A stretch of 64,000 nt of DNA from Lingula anatina (Eukaryota > Animalia > Brachiopoda): assembly GCA_051362555.1 (NCBI GenBank), contig CM120645.1, positions 6,882,001-6,946,000 of the forward strand, in the 5' to 3' direction. The position numbers and the translations under genes are program-made. The notes under the pieces were generated by a model. The model searched no databases and was not told the origin of the DNA. It worked only from the letters and a program-made list of their open reading frames with translations. Below, piece after piece: positions 41,191-52,560 of this stretch (the stretch's first letter is position 1; each line of letters opens with the position of its first letter).

Positions 41191-43347
41191 TCAATCTATT
41201 TCTGTGTCTTTCCTGTTCCTTCTGCCAAGATCCTCGCTCACGGCGCGAGGCATGCCTGTCTCTGCTCCTTCATTTAACTCTGTGGGATCATCAAAGTCTT
41301 CTTGCGTGGATGAACGCGTGCTCGTAGCACAGTTACGACGTAGCTTCGAAAACCATCCTTCTCCATCGCTGCGGCTTTTCAGCAGAGCTTTCGATGAAAG
41401 AGGCCCTGAAATTTATAGATAATTTTATAACATATCTTAGCGATAAATAATGTTTGGGCACATCTTTCTATCCAACAGAAAGACATTTAAAAATGTAAGC
41501 AAAAGGCTTGCTTGCATCAAAAACAACATCCCAGCAATAAAGTAATATGTACAGTAATGAGGGAAAAATTATCAATCTTTATACATATAATTTTGGAATG
41601 AATACAATCATATTTCTGTTTAGCACTTGTGAGACTTTATTTACTGTACAGAATAGTATTACAGGGAAGCCTGGCAGTGCTTTTCAACTTTGTTGCTACC
41701 ATTCAATATAAAAATAAGAATGTTCTAATCTTTAAAATTTACTTCTTACAAAATACAGTTGCTGTATCAGATTCTGTAAAATTTTATAATTTTTCCCATT
41801 ACAAACATCAAGCCATTACTGTATATTGATTTTTAAATAAAAATCAAACAAACAAACAAACAAAAACAATCACCTGGATCAACCAGAGGGGCATTTTCGG
41901 CAGCCTCACAGCTGATGAGGTCCACAGCCCTGAGGTTGAGCAGAGAGTCGGCTATAATCCTGGCAGTGGACCTCTGGTAGCCGCCACTGGTCACCATCAT
42001 GATGGGAATAGAACGGGTTCTGACTTTCTGGAACACTATCTGGTCACGTTCAATGATGCCCTGCAATGAATGGGAGGATGCTGAGATTGGGTGACGAATC
42101 TATGAGTAGATCTGATAATTTGCATTTGTTCAAAACCTCTACCAGTTGGCCCATTTGCAAAATGACTTATGGAATAACTGCAGGGAAGAACATAAGTTTT
42201 AATGGCCAAGACATCTGGCCATCTTTTCTAAATAAGACATACACCTACAACATACTTATCACTTAGGCAATTTTCACAACCAGTGGCCTACCTCAGCCAT
42301 ACCAGTACACATAGAGAGGGTCTAACACGTAATTACGGAAGAAGTTTTTTTTTCCGTCACTTTCACAAGTTGGCTTCTGTTTGGGAGGAATTTGAATAAT
42401 CAGCTGTGTTGAGCAAGAGGGTTTGATTTGCTTAATACACAATAGCCAGACTATTCAGTAACAGCTGTCTATATCTAATAGTGTACAAGTAAAGCATACC
42501 ACTCAATGTGAGAAGGACCTTAGCCGACTTTATTCAGATGTAGCCAACTATTTAGACCGTTTGTCTAGCCCCAAGGTTTATCTTTACATACCTGAGCAGA
42601 TATGGACAACATTCCCAGAGGATCTCCATCCAGTATATCAGTGCCAGCATTGTACACAACTAAGTCTGGGGTGAACTCATTCAGCGCACCTTCTACATGT
42701 CTGCAAGGAATTATAATTTATTTATTTATTTTGTAAATAAAGAAACTGACTACATATAAATGGACTTGAACCAATTTACAATTGAAGGTAATCAAATGTC
42801 AACTTTTAAAAATCATAAAAGTTCATTTTAAGTAACAACTATGAAATATTGAAATAATGTCAAAACTTCCTTTAAGTTGACATAATGTCAAAACTTCATG
42901 GTGTTTTGCTTAATAAGCACTATTTACAGAATACCAAATAAATGTCTGTGTTCCCTTACCTTCGAACTAATTCCAAGTACTGACTATCTTCAGTAAAATG
43001 TTGAAGTTCTACTTTTCTTGTAATGCCTCCTGAAAAAGTTATTATGAACATGAAGCCAGACATTTAATTCTTAAAGACTTTTAAGGGGAGATATCTTAAT
43101 ATAGAAATAATACAAGTTTTGTGATAAGTGAGCAATTTAAAACTATCGAAATCAAATATTGGAGGCTCATGATAGATATATTAAATGTAGGTAGACTTTC
43201 CCCTGCTGGCAAATGTCACTTACTTTTAGCATACCCATCATGTGGATAAATTCCTCTGTTGTAAATGTCCAGAATGTAGACCCTGTCATCTGTCATGAAG
43301 TCTCTCTCATGCCCATTGCCCTGGGGAAAATATACACTAAGTAAGTA

Positions 43348-43390
<43 letters not shown>

Positions 43391-46300
43391 TATAGCATTT
43401 GGAAATTTTTTTCATTTGGTAAAAGTAAGCTTAGTGTCAGACTTCTCTAACCTGATGTGCATCCAAGTCTATAATCATGGCCTTGCTGATTCCACAGTAC
43501 TCAAATGCAAATTTGATCGCCAGCGTAATGTCTGCATATGCACAGAAGCCTCCGCCATGACTGGCTGAGCAGTGGTGAAAGCCGCCACCGATGTTAACAG
43601 CCCAGCCCCTTTCTAGTGCCAACTTGCCTGCCTAGAAATCATATTATAATTATGCAATGCCATAAGTTATTATACGTGCTTATTATGGGTCGTACTGAAA
43701 ATGTCCTTTTTGACCTAAAAATATTCTTTCTGACAAGAAAACAAAATGCTTTCCAAAGCTTTTAAATCAACATTTGAAATATAACCAAATTAATAAAATT
43801 ATTGTTTTGTGGAAATCTATCATATTTTTAGTCTATTTTGCTTAAACTTTACAGAGTAATTCCTCTACCCACCAATATAGATCCTCCAGTCTGGTACCTG
43901 AATGGCCGCAGTACCTTGCGTTGGACCAGGAAGTTGGGGAGCAGTGCCACTGGTGGCACCTCTGTTATACCAGCCACAGTGATGCTCCACTGCAACATAG
44001 ACAGACACATGGGATGGATGAAGAATTGTAGTCTAGACTTAAGCTTAGCAAAGTGAGTGAAAAGTGTATGGCATTAAAGATGACCAGATCAGAAAAAGAG
44101 ATTTTTGAAATATGGTCAATATTTAGGGTGGGCAGACATTTTCAAACTGTAGAAATGAGAATAAGTAACAAGGATGGTAAGCCATCCTGAAAAAACAGTG
44201 TAAGTTGTATGTGCAACAACAACAATTATGTACACGTGCTAGACAGTCACATAAAAAATGCTTAGCATTGAAAACTAACTGTTCACTCTATGACAAGCTT
44301 ATGAACAATAAACTACATTTTTCTACAGATACATTTAGCAAGTAAGAACTAAAAATGTCTATACTCAGGCCCATTGTTGGGGGGGTCGGGGTTTTAAAAA
44401 ATTTGATCTTGATACAAGAAGATATCATGGTAAAAGGTCAACTTTTTCAGAGCCTTTGAAACTGCAGGCTGTGGGCCTGAATACTTCAATGCATAAGACA
44501 AATACTACATATTAAGCTACTCTTTCAGTAAAATGTAGTAAAAATAATAATAACAGTCTACCACATATACCGTACACATACTACAATACAAACTGAATAC
44601 CAGTCATAATATTCTACCATGTACAAAAAACTAGATTTCTCTTTAAAGTATGCTATATGTATGTACTAAGTGTCTTATTCTACATTTCACTACATGTTAA
44701 AACTGAGCATACACTGTTAGTCAATTTTATCCTTAGGCTAGTTATCATGCACTGACAAGGGTTTCCCTAGGATTTGGGGTACAGGGTCCCATATGTGAAT
44801 CTGTAATTTGGTCAATTTACAGGGAGGCCCAAGCAAACTCAACTAACTGACTTGAAAATTTTGAAATCCGTCCATGGAAATATGGCCATCTTTTGAGGCT
44901 AGCAGCAGTCCAAATTACAGCTGCATGGCTCTCTGGAGAAAGCCTTGTGCACTGGTATATATCTAAAGATATGCCAGGTAAGATTTATTAGTTTCCAATA
45001 CTAGGGCATGGAACAGGAGCTAGGCTCATGCATGCATATTAATTTTTCTCTACTTGCTTTTATTAGAAATTATCCACTAAGGCTTAAGAAATTAATTCCT
45101 AAAATTTTTCCTTTTCTAACATTATTGTAATTTATTAAAAGTAAAATAATTTTCTTTGTCAATTTGAGTATTATTTAAATCATTTATATTCATGCTAGTG
45201 AGACTATATGTACAAATGCCATGCATAGTACTGATTTCGAAAAATGCTTTTTCAACACCAGGAAGAAGATTTGTGTGCAGTTAAGTACTAATATTCAGCA
45301 CAAAGTGAATGGAATGGTTATAGAAGAGAAATAACACAAGCTCCCTGGGATGGTCAAGACAATTCACTGAAGCAATGTAACCATTTCCTGGCCCCTTTTT
45401 TCACAATAAATCTTGATTTACAAATTTAGGCAACTTTAACATTGTTCTCAAACTGTATCTTACAAATGGACTCGAATGATTAAATTACCTATAAGACATT
45501 GCTGGTCATGACCATACATGTACAAGCACTATATAAATCTGAATAAAAGCACTATATCAAAAGCCATGCTTCATTGTGGGGTACACTGTCACAGTGGTAC
45601 ACAATAAGTACAAAATAATGCTGGGAAAAACTGTGTCAGCATCTTGATTTCCTGAACTTCAATTTTCACACTGCTCTGAATGTTATCTCATCTCATACAG
45701 GTACAGTTGTATATGTGTACAACTTCGTCTCAAAAAAGCTTGACTGATTGGAGGAGAAATTACTAAGTAAGTTAATTCATGAAAAAAGTTATATACGAAA
45801 CATTTATAAACAGTAAGTTATTTAATAAGAGTAAACTGATCCATACAGCGACTGTTGATACATGTGCATGCAGTAGTATGGAGAGGGATGTTGTCGAATT
45901 AGCATTTTGCTTCCTTTCCCAAAAAGATTTCTTTAATATTTTAGTAATGAGTTAAATAAATGACTTGGTAAGTATGAGATGAGCAACAATATCAAGGCAG
46001 AGGATTCATATCAAAGAAATCAAGACTGCAATGACTGAACTGGGTATTCAAAGAGAGATAATTTGTACAAGTTTTTCTTTATTTTAATTTTTTCAGGATA
46101 GATACTGATAAAGAACAACCTTCATTTGCTGATAACTGTCAGGAAAAATCTAATTTTCTTTAAAAATCAATTAACTGATTGTAATACTCTAACCTAGATA
46201 TATACAGAAATAATTCATTAGCTGATGTTAGTAAATTCTTAATTTCAAAAGAATACCACCAAAGTCCACTATTCCCACAGAAAACCAGCTTCAGTCCATC

Positions 46301-48411
46301 TTTCATTATGCTGACACTTAGAATTTTTACAACAAACCTCCTACAGGTCAGAATATTATTCAAATTCTCCAAGAAAGAAAATTTAAATAACATTTTTCCC
46401 TTCCATATACCTCTGTGATAATACCATCCACAATAGTAGCAAGCTGTCAGAAAGCAAAGAGAGAGAGAACGTGGCAAAGGCTAAATAATTAAAATAAACA
46501 ATTTATTTCAAGGTCAATCAGTTCACCTTCTCCTGTCGCTTAATTAACAGCTACTTAGCATAAAGGAGCAAAATTTTAATTTACAGTAGGCTTAAAAGTC
46601 ATGCAATACCCTCATGCCAAAACAACTTTCCATAATCTGATTAAATTTTTTTTCAGGGTCAATCCTTACAAAAATGGCTAAAAAAAATCTATCCCTAGAC
46701 TGCGGTCAGTGAGTTCACATTACCTTCAGACTGTCCAGATATCTCTTGGGGTGGACAATCATCAGGTCATCTGCAGAGGCTTCGCGTGGTCGTACAGTGG
46801 TGTCATCCCTGATCATTCCTGCCTCTGGAACAAGACAATAAGAACAATTACATTATATATATTATATTTCATCACATGCTTCATCAATCTAAAACATACA
46901 TGACTGACTGGTGCAACAGCTAACTACATGTAGTACTGGCACTAGTACTTGTGCAAGGTGCAACTACCCACTGATTCTGTAGGTGGAATTTGACAACTGA
47001 TTTGCATGTAAACAAAGAGATTGTTTACTAGTAATTTACAGTTAAGTTCACGAGAATCTTACCATCTTAAAAATCTTACTTTCAGTAGTTAATAACATTT
47101 AAGTTTAACTTGACAATTTAGAGATTGTCTGAAGTGAGACTACCAAATGATGATATTATACAAGTATTATACAAGTATATCACCTTTAAGAAACTCATAG
47201 ACTCTCCCCCACTTCCCAGCATCAAATGGATGCACTTTCTCCATGCCCCAGAAGCTGATGTTGTACTCTGAGCAGTAGATCAAAGGCCAGCATGTCTCCG
47301 CCACATCAAAGTATAGCTGAGTTCTATGGTTTGACAGTGCACTGGCTGCTCTTCAAGGAGAAGACAAAAGAAAATTTTAGTATCCTATGAATGAAACCCA
47401 GAGTCTGCCACTGCAAGGACAACTTAATAACGTGTACTTAAGATTAATGAAAAACATTTAAGTTGGAATGTTCTACTCATATACATAACTGTGCATGACC
47501 ACTCCTATGCTTTGCATAGACTTGATGAGGACAAGATTATAACAAAATACAACTTTCTAGGGCACTCCCCTTCAGTGCACCCTGAGCTTCAGAGATAACT
47601 TGACACTAACCTCTTCACAATAGCCTATCTTCATCGTGTCAAGTTACCTCTGACGAAAATAGTTTGACCTAGTTTATTTAAGCCAATCGAATCCAAATTT
47701 CAAAATTTTTCACCAAAGTTTGGTGAAAACGCTGATTGGTTGACCGTTAATCGGCAATCCTCGGCTGATTCTGCAAGCTCTATACTTACAACAAAGTGTG
47801 CGGAGACATCCGAGTAGTTCCGAGTGCATAACCGTACACGAGTAACTACATAAAATAATGTGTTAAGTTATCTCTTGATTCTTTGCAAAATATGAGTATA
47901 TTGGAATTGAAACCAGAGCAGTTTGAGGCACTGCATCATTATCTACTGAGGGATGATGTATTTTGCGTGCTGCCCACAGGTTACGGCAAGTCCCTGATAT
48001 TCAGCCTTATCTTTGATTGGTCCGGATTTGAACCAAGCGCGCTTTGACTCGTTCGTGTTCATTGGCTAGATCGTTCAATGAGTTATTGAGTGCGGGCTTT
48101 AAATTTGATTGGCGGGCGGCGGGGGCAATCGAATGTGGTCAGAGGTAACTTGACACGATGAAGATAGGCTATTGTGAAGAAGTTAGTGTCAAGTTATCTC
48201 TGAAGCTCAGGGTGCTTCAGTGTAAAAAATAAAAATAATAATAATAATTCAACTTCTTTTTTTTTTATTTCTCCCAAAATGTTAAAAGAATAACTTAGTA
48301 AAATAACAACATTACCATTAAAATGTCTACAAATAAAACTCACCTATCCAGTTTGTTATGTTTATCAGTTTCACTGGGATTTTCATGGTCAGGTTTGTCG
48401 TCATCAGCCAT
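41191..48411 (-). CDS. HDAC11: Histone deacetylase 11 (class IV), 10 coding exons
   Basis: Exons 48344-48411, 47184-47350, 46724-46824, 43873-43989, 43452-43631, 43224-43320, 42960-43029, 42592-42700, 41874-42060, 41191-41405, phase-consistent. Motifs HPFDAGKWG, NIGGGFHHCS..GGGFCAYAD, IIDLDAHQGNGHERD, YNAGTDILDGDPLG, TSGGYQ. Confidence 0.97.
43350..43391. repeat. (AAT)n microsatellite
   Basis: ~14 AAT units in an HDAC11 intron. Confidence 0.95.
44366..44479. mobile_element. Degenerate copy of the CAGGCCC-TIR MITE family
   Basis: CAGGCCCA ... TGGGCCTG with a G-tract, and AAAAGGTCAACTTTTTCAG inverted relative to the 19528 copy. Confidence 0.55.
47578..48214. mobile_element. Non-autonomous DNA transposon, ~77-bp TIRs, 8-bp TSD, carrying a RecQ helicase fragment
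   Basis: TIR CACCCTGAGCTTCAGAGATAACTTGACACTAAC..CTTCACAATAGCCTATCTTCATCGTGTCAAGTTACCTCTGAC at 47578-47654, inverted at 48138-48214. TSD CTTCAGTG at 47570-47577 and 48215-48222. Confidence 0.92.
47892..48047 (+). pseudogene. RecQ-type DEAH helicase N-terminal fragment (motif 0/I)
   Basis: Translates MSILELKPEQFEALHHYLLRDDVFCVLPTGYGKSLIFSL...; LKPEQ and LPTGYGKSL are the RecQ Q-motif and Walker A. Confidence 0.8.
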
Positions 48412-48549
48412 GATGATGTATTGCTATGGTGATAGCTGCCTGTAGGCTTTTATGGTGATGAGGGGGTGAATTCACATGTTGGTGTTTGTTAATACTGAAA
48501 ACAACAGATATACAACATATACCAGAATCTGTCTGAATTTGTGCTATAG

Positions 48550-48671
48550 CAGTCCCTAGGCCAGTAACTTCAAAAGGGGGGGTCTTTTTCTGAAAAAGTG
48601 GACCTTCTACCATTTTCCAGCAAAAAAGGGGGTTCGTTCGAACCCCTGGAACCCCCCTGGCTATGAGCCTG
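48550..48671. mobile_element. CAGGCCC-TIR MITE copy with 5-bp TSD, inserted in the putative 3' LTR
   Basis: CAGTCCCTAGGCCAG...CTGGCTATGAGCCTG flanked by TATAG/TATAG; internal TTCAAAAGGGGGG..TTTTTCTGAAAAAGTGGACCTT as at 19528. Confidence 0.8.
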
Positions 48672-49340
48672 TATAGCATGTGGCTTATTTAATAAATAAT
48701 CAGAAATTCACTGTTTCCACTTAGTGAGTGAGATTACAGATCACTGTGTGTTGCCACTATATATCTATACAGATCTTGATCTACAGGAACATCCTTACAA
48801 GGATATCTCAGGTGTACACAATGTGAGGGTGTCACCTCACCACCTGACCTGTGTGTAACTCACCTCAGTATAAAAAATCTTGGCCCATGAAGAGCTGACC
48901 AGGTGAAGGAAAGAAAATGCTCGATCACAACATTCCCCCTACTTTTATTCAAAAAGAGTCAAAATTGGGTTAAGTTTTGCAAAAATGAATTAATACTTGT
49001 TTAGACATGTAAAAATTATCACATAAATGAAATTGTAATTTCCAGTCGATAGATTTGAGCAGACTGATGTTAGCTGTTGTTAATGCTAACGACATCACTG
49101 GAGTGAAAGTCTGCCAAAAATAAATTAATTATTTAATTTAAAAAAAAACAAAAAAAAAAAAAACAGAAAAGACTGTGATAACTGTTAACTCACCAGTTAG
49201 TCACATCACTCATTCAGTGATAGTCTATTCAAATAAATGAAATACTGGAAAGTCAAAAATAAAATCAAAATAGGCTGTAGTCATATGATACAACTGTCCA
49301 CTACATCACATAGTGATAATCTATTATACTGTGCGGATTA

Positions 49341-51620
49341 TTACCTTCTATAGACAGTAATACCATTTTCAGTTGTAACCTTTAAAACATGGCCCACATC
49401 CACCCCTCTGTGCCGTGCTAGAATATCTGCCGTTTCATAAATGATATAGTGAGTTGAGTGGCCCCCCTTTGTGGCAGCAGTATAGGGGGCATCTGACTCC
49501 AAGAGAAGCTTAGAGTCAGGAACCGCCCTAAGTGCTGCAAGTTGATGTTGGTTAAAATTAGCAGCAAGCCGGGTGAAACCAAAGTAAGTGTTTGGCTGCT
49601 GCTTTCTCCAAATTTCCAAGAGGGACTTGGAGCCTGTGAAGCAATGAAAGTGGATTTTCTGGGACTGTGGAACGCCACACAGTTTTAGATGAAACAGAAG
49701 GGAACGTATGGCAAACTCACCACCTTCAGAGTCCCCTTTCATGCCTCTACAGTGTACCACTAGGACGTGCCTAGGTTCTAGAAATGGCAAAATTCTGTGT
49801 AGCAACTCTACCTGATCCTGCCATTTTGACATGGGTTCAGTATGATCGAAACCTATCAGGCCAAATGCTGTCACTGAAGGTACCTTGACTAACTCTGAGA
49901 GAGCTTTAATGGCCTGGGTCAGTGTGCCCTGGGAAAGCTTACCAGCTAGCTTCGGGTGGAAACCGATGGCTATGTACTCGACCTTAGACAAAGTAGAGAG
50001 ATACCCTTTAGAGGGATATGTCTTGGGATCGCAATACACAGCCACCGTTCCCAGCAAATCTACCTCTTTCCCAGAACAAACGGGAGCCATACCTCTAAGA
50101 TTTTCCAACTTGCCCGAGTGTGGAAGACCAAAGGCAGCAATAGATCTATCTACGCGATAGTGGCTGTCAAAAGCTGGCCATACTAACTTTCTTGGTTCCC
50201 CAGCCTCCAGACCAGTTTCTGGCCCGCTGAACCCTCTGGTCCACAACAACCTCTGCTGCTCCGTGATAGAAGCAGACAGCTGTGTGAGGACTCTCCAGTC
50301 CAGCAGCACCCCGACAGAGTTGGCAGGGTATAAGGTGAAATGTGCTGGGACTGGCTTATTAAGGAATTTGCAGAAATTTTGCATGGCAGAAATTTGAAGT
50401 GGTGAAAACAAGCCATGTTGCAAATCTAATATATCAGGCAAGGCTGAAACAAACTGGTACAACGAATCCAGCTCTTGCTTGAAACCAAAAATGAAAATGG
50501 TCACCATCTCCAATGCCTTCACTATTATGCCCAAGATATTGGGCTCAAGGTTGGCCCGCTCACAAAAGATAGATGGAACATGCAGACCCAGTGAATGTTC
50601 CCTGAGCATATGTCTCTCCAATTTCACCCCACACCCAGGGACCACACAAAGCATCTTCGGGTGATCTTTTCTGGCCCTTTTGGGATCAGGTCCAACCACT
50701 CGAGATGTCATTTGGAGAAACCTTTCAGTATCCCTAGCTGAAGGAGGAGGAAGCTCCACTGGACCAACACGTTTATCAACTTTAGATTTCGCCGCAGCTG
50801 AAACCTTGCCAGTTTTTTTGCCCTGCCTCCACCAAGGAGCCCTCTTCTTCCCCTTTCGCTTACCGCTCCCTGTGGACTGATTCGATTCAGATCCAGAAGC
50901 AGAAACTGGAGTTCCTGCTGGAGCAGCAGCTTCAAAGTGTAAACCCGAAGAAGAAGAAATAGAAGGGTTTATTGGGATGGCGGTATTCTGCTGCAAGTTT
51001 GGGCCAGGATTAGAAGTATGAAGTAAACCGGGAGGAGTAACACTGGGCTCTGCTTCCCTCGGGACTCCTAAAATTCTAACCCCCTGACTGCAGTGAGGGC
51101 TGGAGTTGGGATCGATATTTTTTGATCTCACACCAAGTTCAGACTGGCCCCAGTGCGATACCCCCTGCATTGGCTCCACTGGAAAACCCTCATCGACCAC
51201 CTGGGTAACAACAGTCATGTTTGGACCTGCTCCAGGCCTGAAGACATGGGATGATCCGCCACACACCTCAGAGGGTGCAGACTTCACAACCTGCCCAGGT
51301 GGTATAAAGTTCTTGGTAAGGCGCCACACATTTTTGTCAATCCAAGTTTTGGATGCAAGGCCCCTAGATTGAAGCTGGTAAGCCACTTGCTGCAACCATG
51401 CTAAAGCCAGGGCAGACCTAGCAGGTGAACGAAGCTCCTTTTTATAAATGGCAGCCATTCCTGACACCAGGGTTCTAAAATAACATTGCTGATCTTCCCC
51501 AGGCAAAACCTGAACCAAGTCCTGCACAAATTTTGTGCCTGGGACATGAATAGGATACCCATGTTGTAATCTTACATTCACTTCCTTTACAATTGGTGCT
51601 TGCTCATTGTTGCTTGCCAT
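49341..51620 (-). CDS. Intronless 759-aa protein: low-complexity N-terminus with basic NLS, C2H2-like zinc finger, C-terminal TatD-like (amidohydrolase TIM barrel) nuclease domain
   Basis: Open ORF starting MASNNEQ at 51620 after acceptor TTGTTATTACAG|AT ATG. TatD motifs FDSHYR, IGFHP, GLIGFD, VVHCR, HFHCFTG, LLLESDAPY, TTENG. CVVPGC-x11-H-x4-H finger. KRKGKKR. Confidence 0.88.
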   Translation of the reverse strand: MASNNEQAPIVKEVNVRLQHGYPIHVPGTKFVQDLVQVLPGEDQQCYFRTLVSGMAAIYKKELRSPARSALALAWLQQVAYQLQSRGLASKTWIDKNVWRLTKNFIPPGQVVKSAPSEVCGGSSHVFRPGAGPNMTVVTQVVDEGFPVEPMQGVSHWGQSELGVRSKNIDPNSSPHCSQGVRILGVPREAEPSVTPPGLLHTSNPGPNLQQNTAIPINPSISSSSGLHFEAAAPAGTPVSASGSESNQSTGSGKRKGKKRAPWWRQGKKTGKVSAAAKSKVDKRVGPVELPPPSARDTERFLQMTSRVVGPDPKRARKDHPKMLCVVPGCGVKLERHMLREHSLGLHVPSIFCERANLEPNILGIIVKALEMVTIFIFGFKQELDSLYQFVSALPDILDLQHGLFSPLQISAMQNFCKFLNKPVPAHFTLYPANSVGVLLDWRVLTQLSASITEQQRLLWTRGFSGPETGLEAGEPRKLVWPAFDSHYRVDRSIAAFGLPHSGKLENLRGMAPVCSGKEVDLLGTVAVYCDPKTYPSKGYLSTLSKVEYIAIGFHPKLAGKLSQGTLTQAIKALSELVKVPSVTAFGLIGFDHTEPMSKWQDQVELLHRILPFLEPRHVLVVHCRGMKGDSEGGEFAIRSLLFHLKLCGVPQSQKIHFHCFTGSKSLLEIWRKQQPNTYFGFTRLAANFNQHQLAALRAVPDSKLLLESDAPYTAATKGGHSTHYIIYETADILARHRGVDVGHVLKVTTENGITVYRR

Positions 51621-51647
51621 ATCTGTAATAACAATGTACAATTAGGA

Positions 51648-52560
51648 TTAGATTTGACAGTTTGCACACGTGTTTGTTGACGTATAATGTTTCTGTTGTT
51701 GTTTATTAGCAGCCAAATATGCCTCAATCCAAGAGGGAATTTTTCTTTCCCTACAGGGCATTAGCCTGTCATGGTTTGTGACAAATATTACATATTTTAG
51801 CTTTACTTGATACAAATAGACAGACAATTTCTTTTCAATGATGGTGGCCCAATGAAAAAATTTTTTTTGTGATTGCCTTTAATTGTTGCCATTTCCAAAA
51901 CATAAACCAGATCCTTTTAAGCATAAGGTCTAAGCAAGATTTTAAGGTCATAAACTTGTTTCAAGAATTTTGAAGTTGCTTTTAATTGGCTGTAATATGA
52001 GATAATTTTATTCTTTGGACTAATTTTGAAATGTATTCACCATAAGAAGATTTTTTTAAATTTCAGATTTGGAACTGTTCACCATAGTTTTGGCTGGATT
52101 ACCAACTTTCTTCCAAAGCATGTGCATATAAGGGATATACCCATACCTCTGTTTTCAGAAGCATACAATGCACCTGCAATTTGCTGGATATATTTGTCTC
52201 ACTTACAAAAAAAAAAGTATCCATCAGGGTACGATTGAACCTTTCATCCTAACCAAATGGTTGGTATTGGAATAGCCTGATTTGTGTACATATGTAAAGC
52301 TGTACACAAATCCACAAACAACCAACTCACAAAATTCTGCCCATGTGTGTTTTTTGTAATTATGTCACTTGATTTGAAATAAGACACACATATGTAAGGT
52401 TTCATCTGGATCCGATCCAGAATGGATTGTGTAAATTGCAAGATGTACTGGTAACCCTTACGCAATGGCCATTGTACTTTTGTAAGCAAAAGATAAATTG
52501 GTATTAAAAAAGTTACACTTATCAAAGCAAATTACACCACCATGCTTAGATGGAAAATTC
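51648..52560 (-). pseudogene. Degenerate Gypsy integrase core and C-terminal domain
   Basis: Minus-strand peptides in shifting frames: KGYQYILQFT, HGQNFVSWLFVDLCTALH, ERFNRTLMD (52219-52245), DKYIQQIAGAL..SENRG (52166-52198), YDLKILLRPY*KDLVYVL (~51895-51952), KKLSVYLYQVKL, NHDRLMPCRERKIPSWI (51726-51776). Multiple stops and frameshifts. Confidence 0.85.

Noticed and set aside
49341-51641. TatD ORF as bacterial contamination or direct horizontal transfer
   Set aside because: It is embedded in a Gypsy relic with a spliceosomal acceptor, has a long eukaryote-like N-terminus and lacks bacterial operon context; the ultimate origin of the domain is untested.
51621-51641. ORF-track start at TTG 51641 (766 aa)
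   Set aside because: This segment is the polypyrimidine/AG acceptor; the ATG at 51620 is the plausible start.
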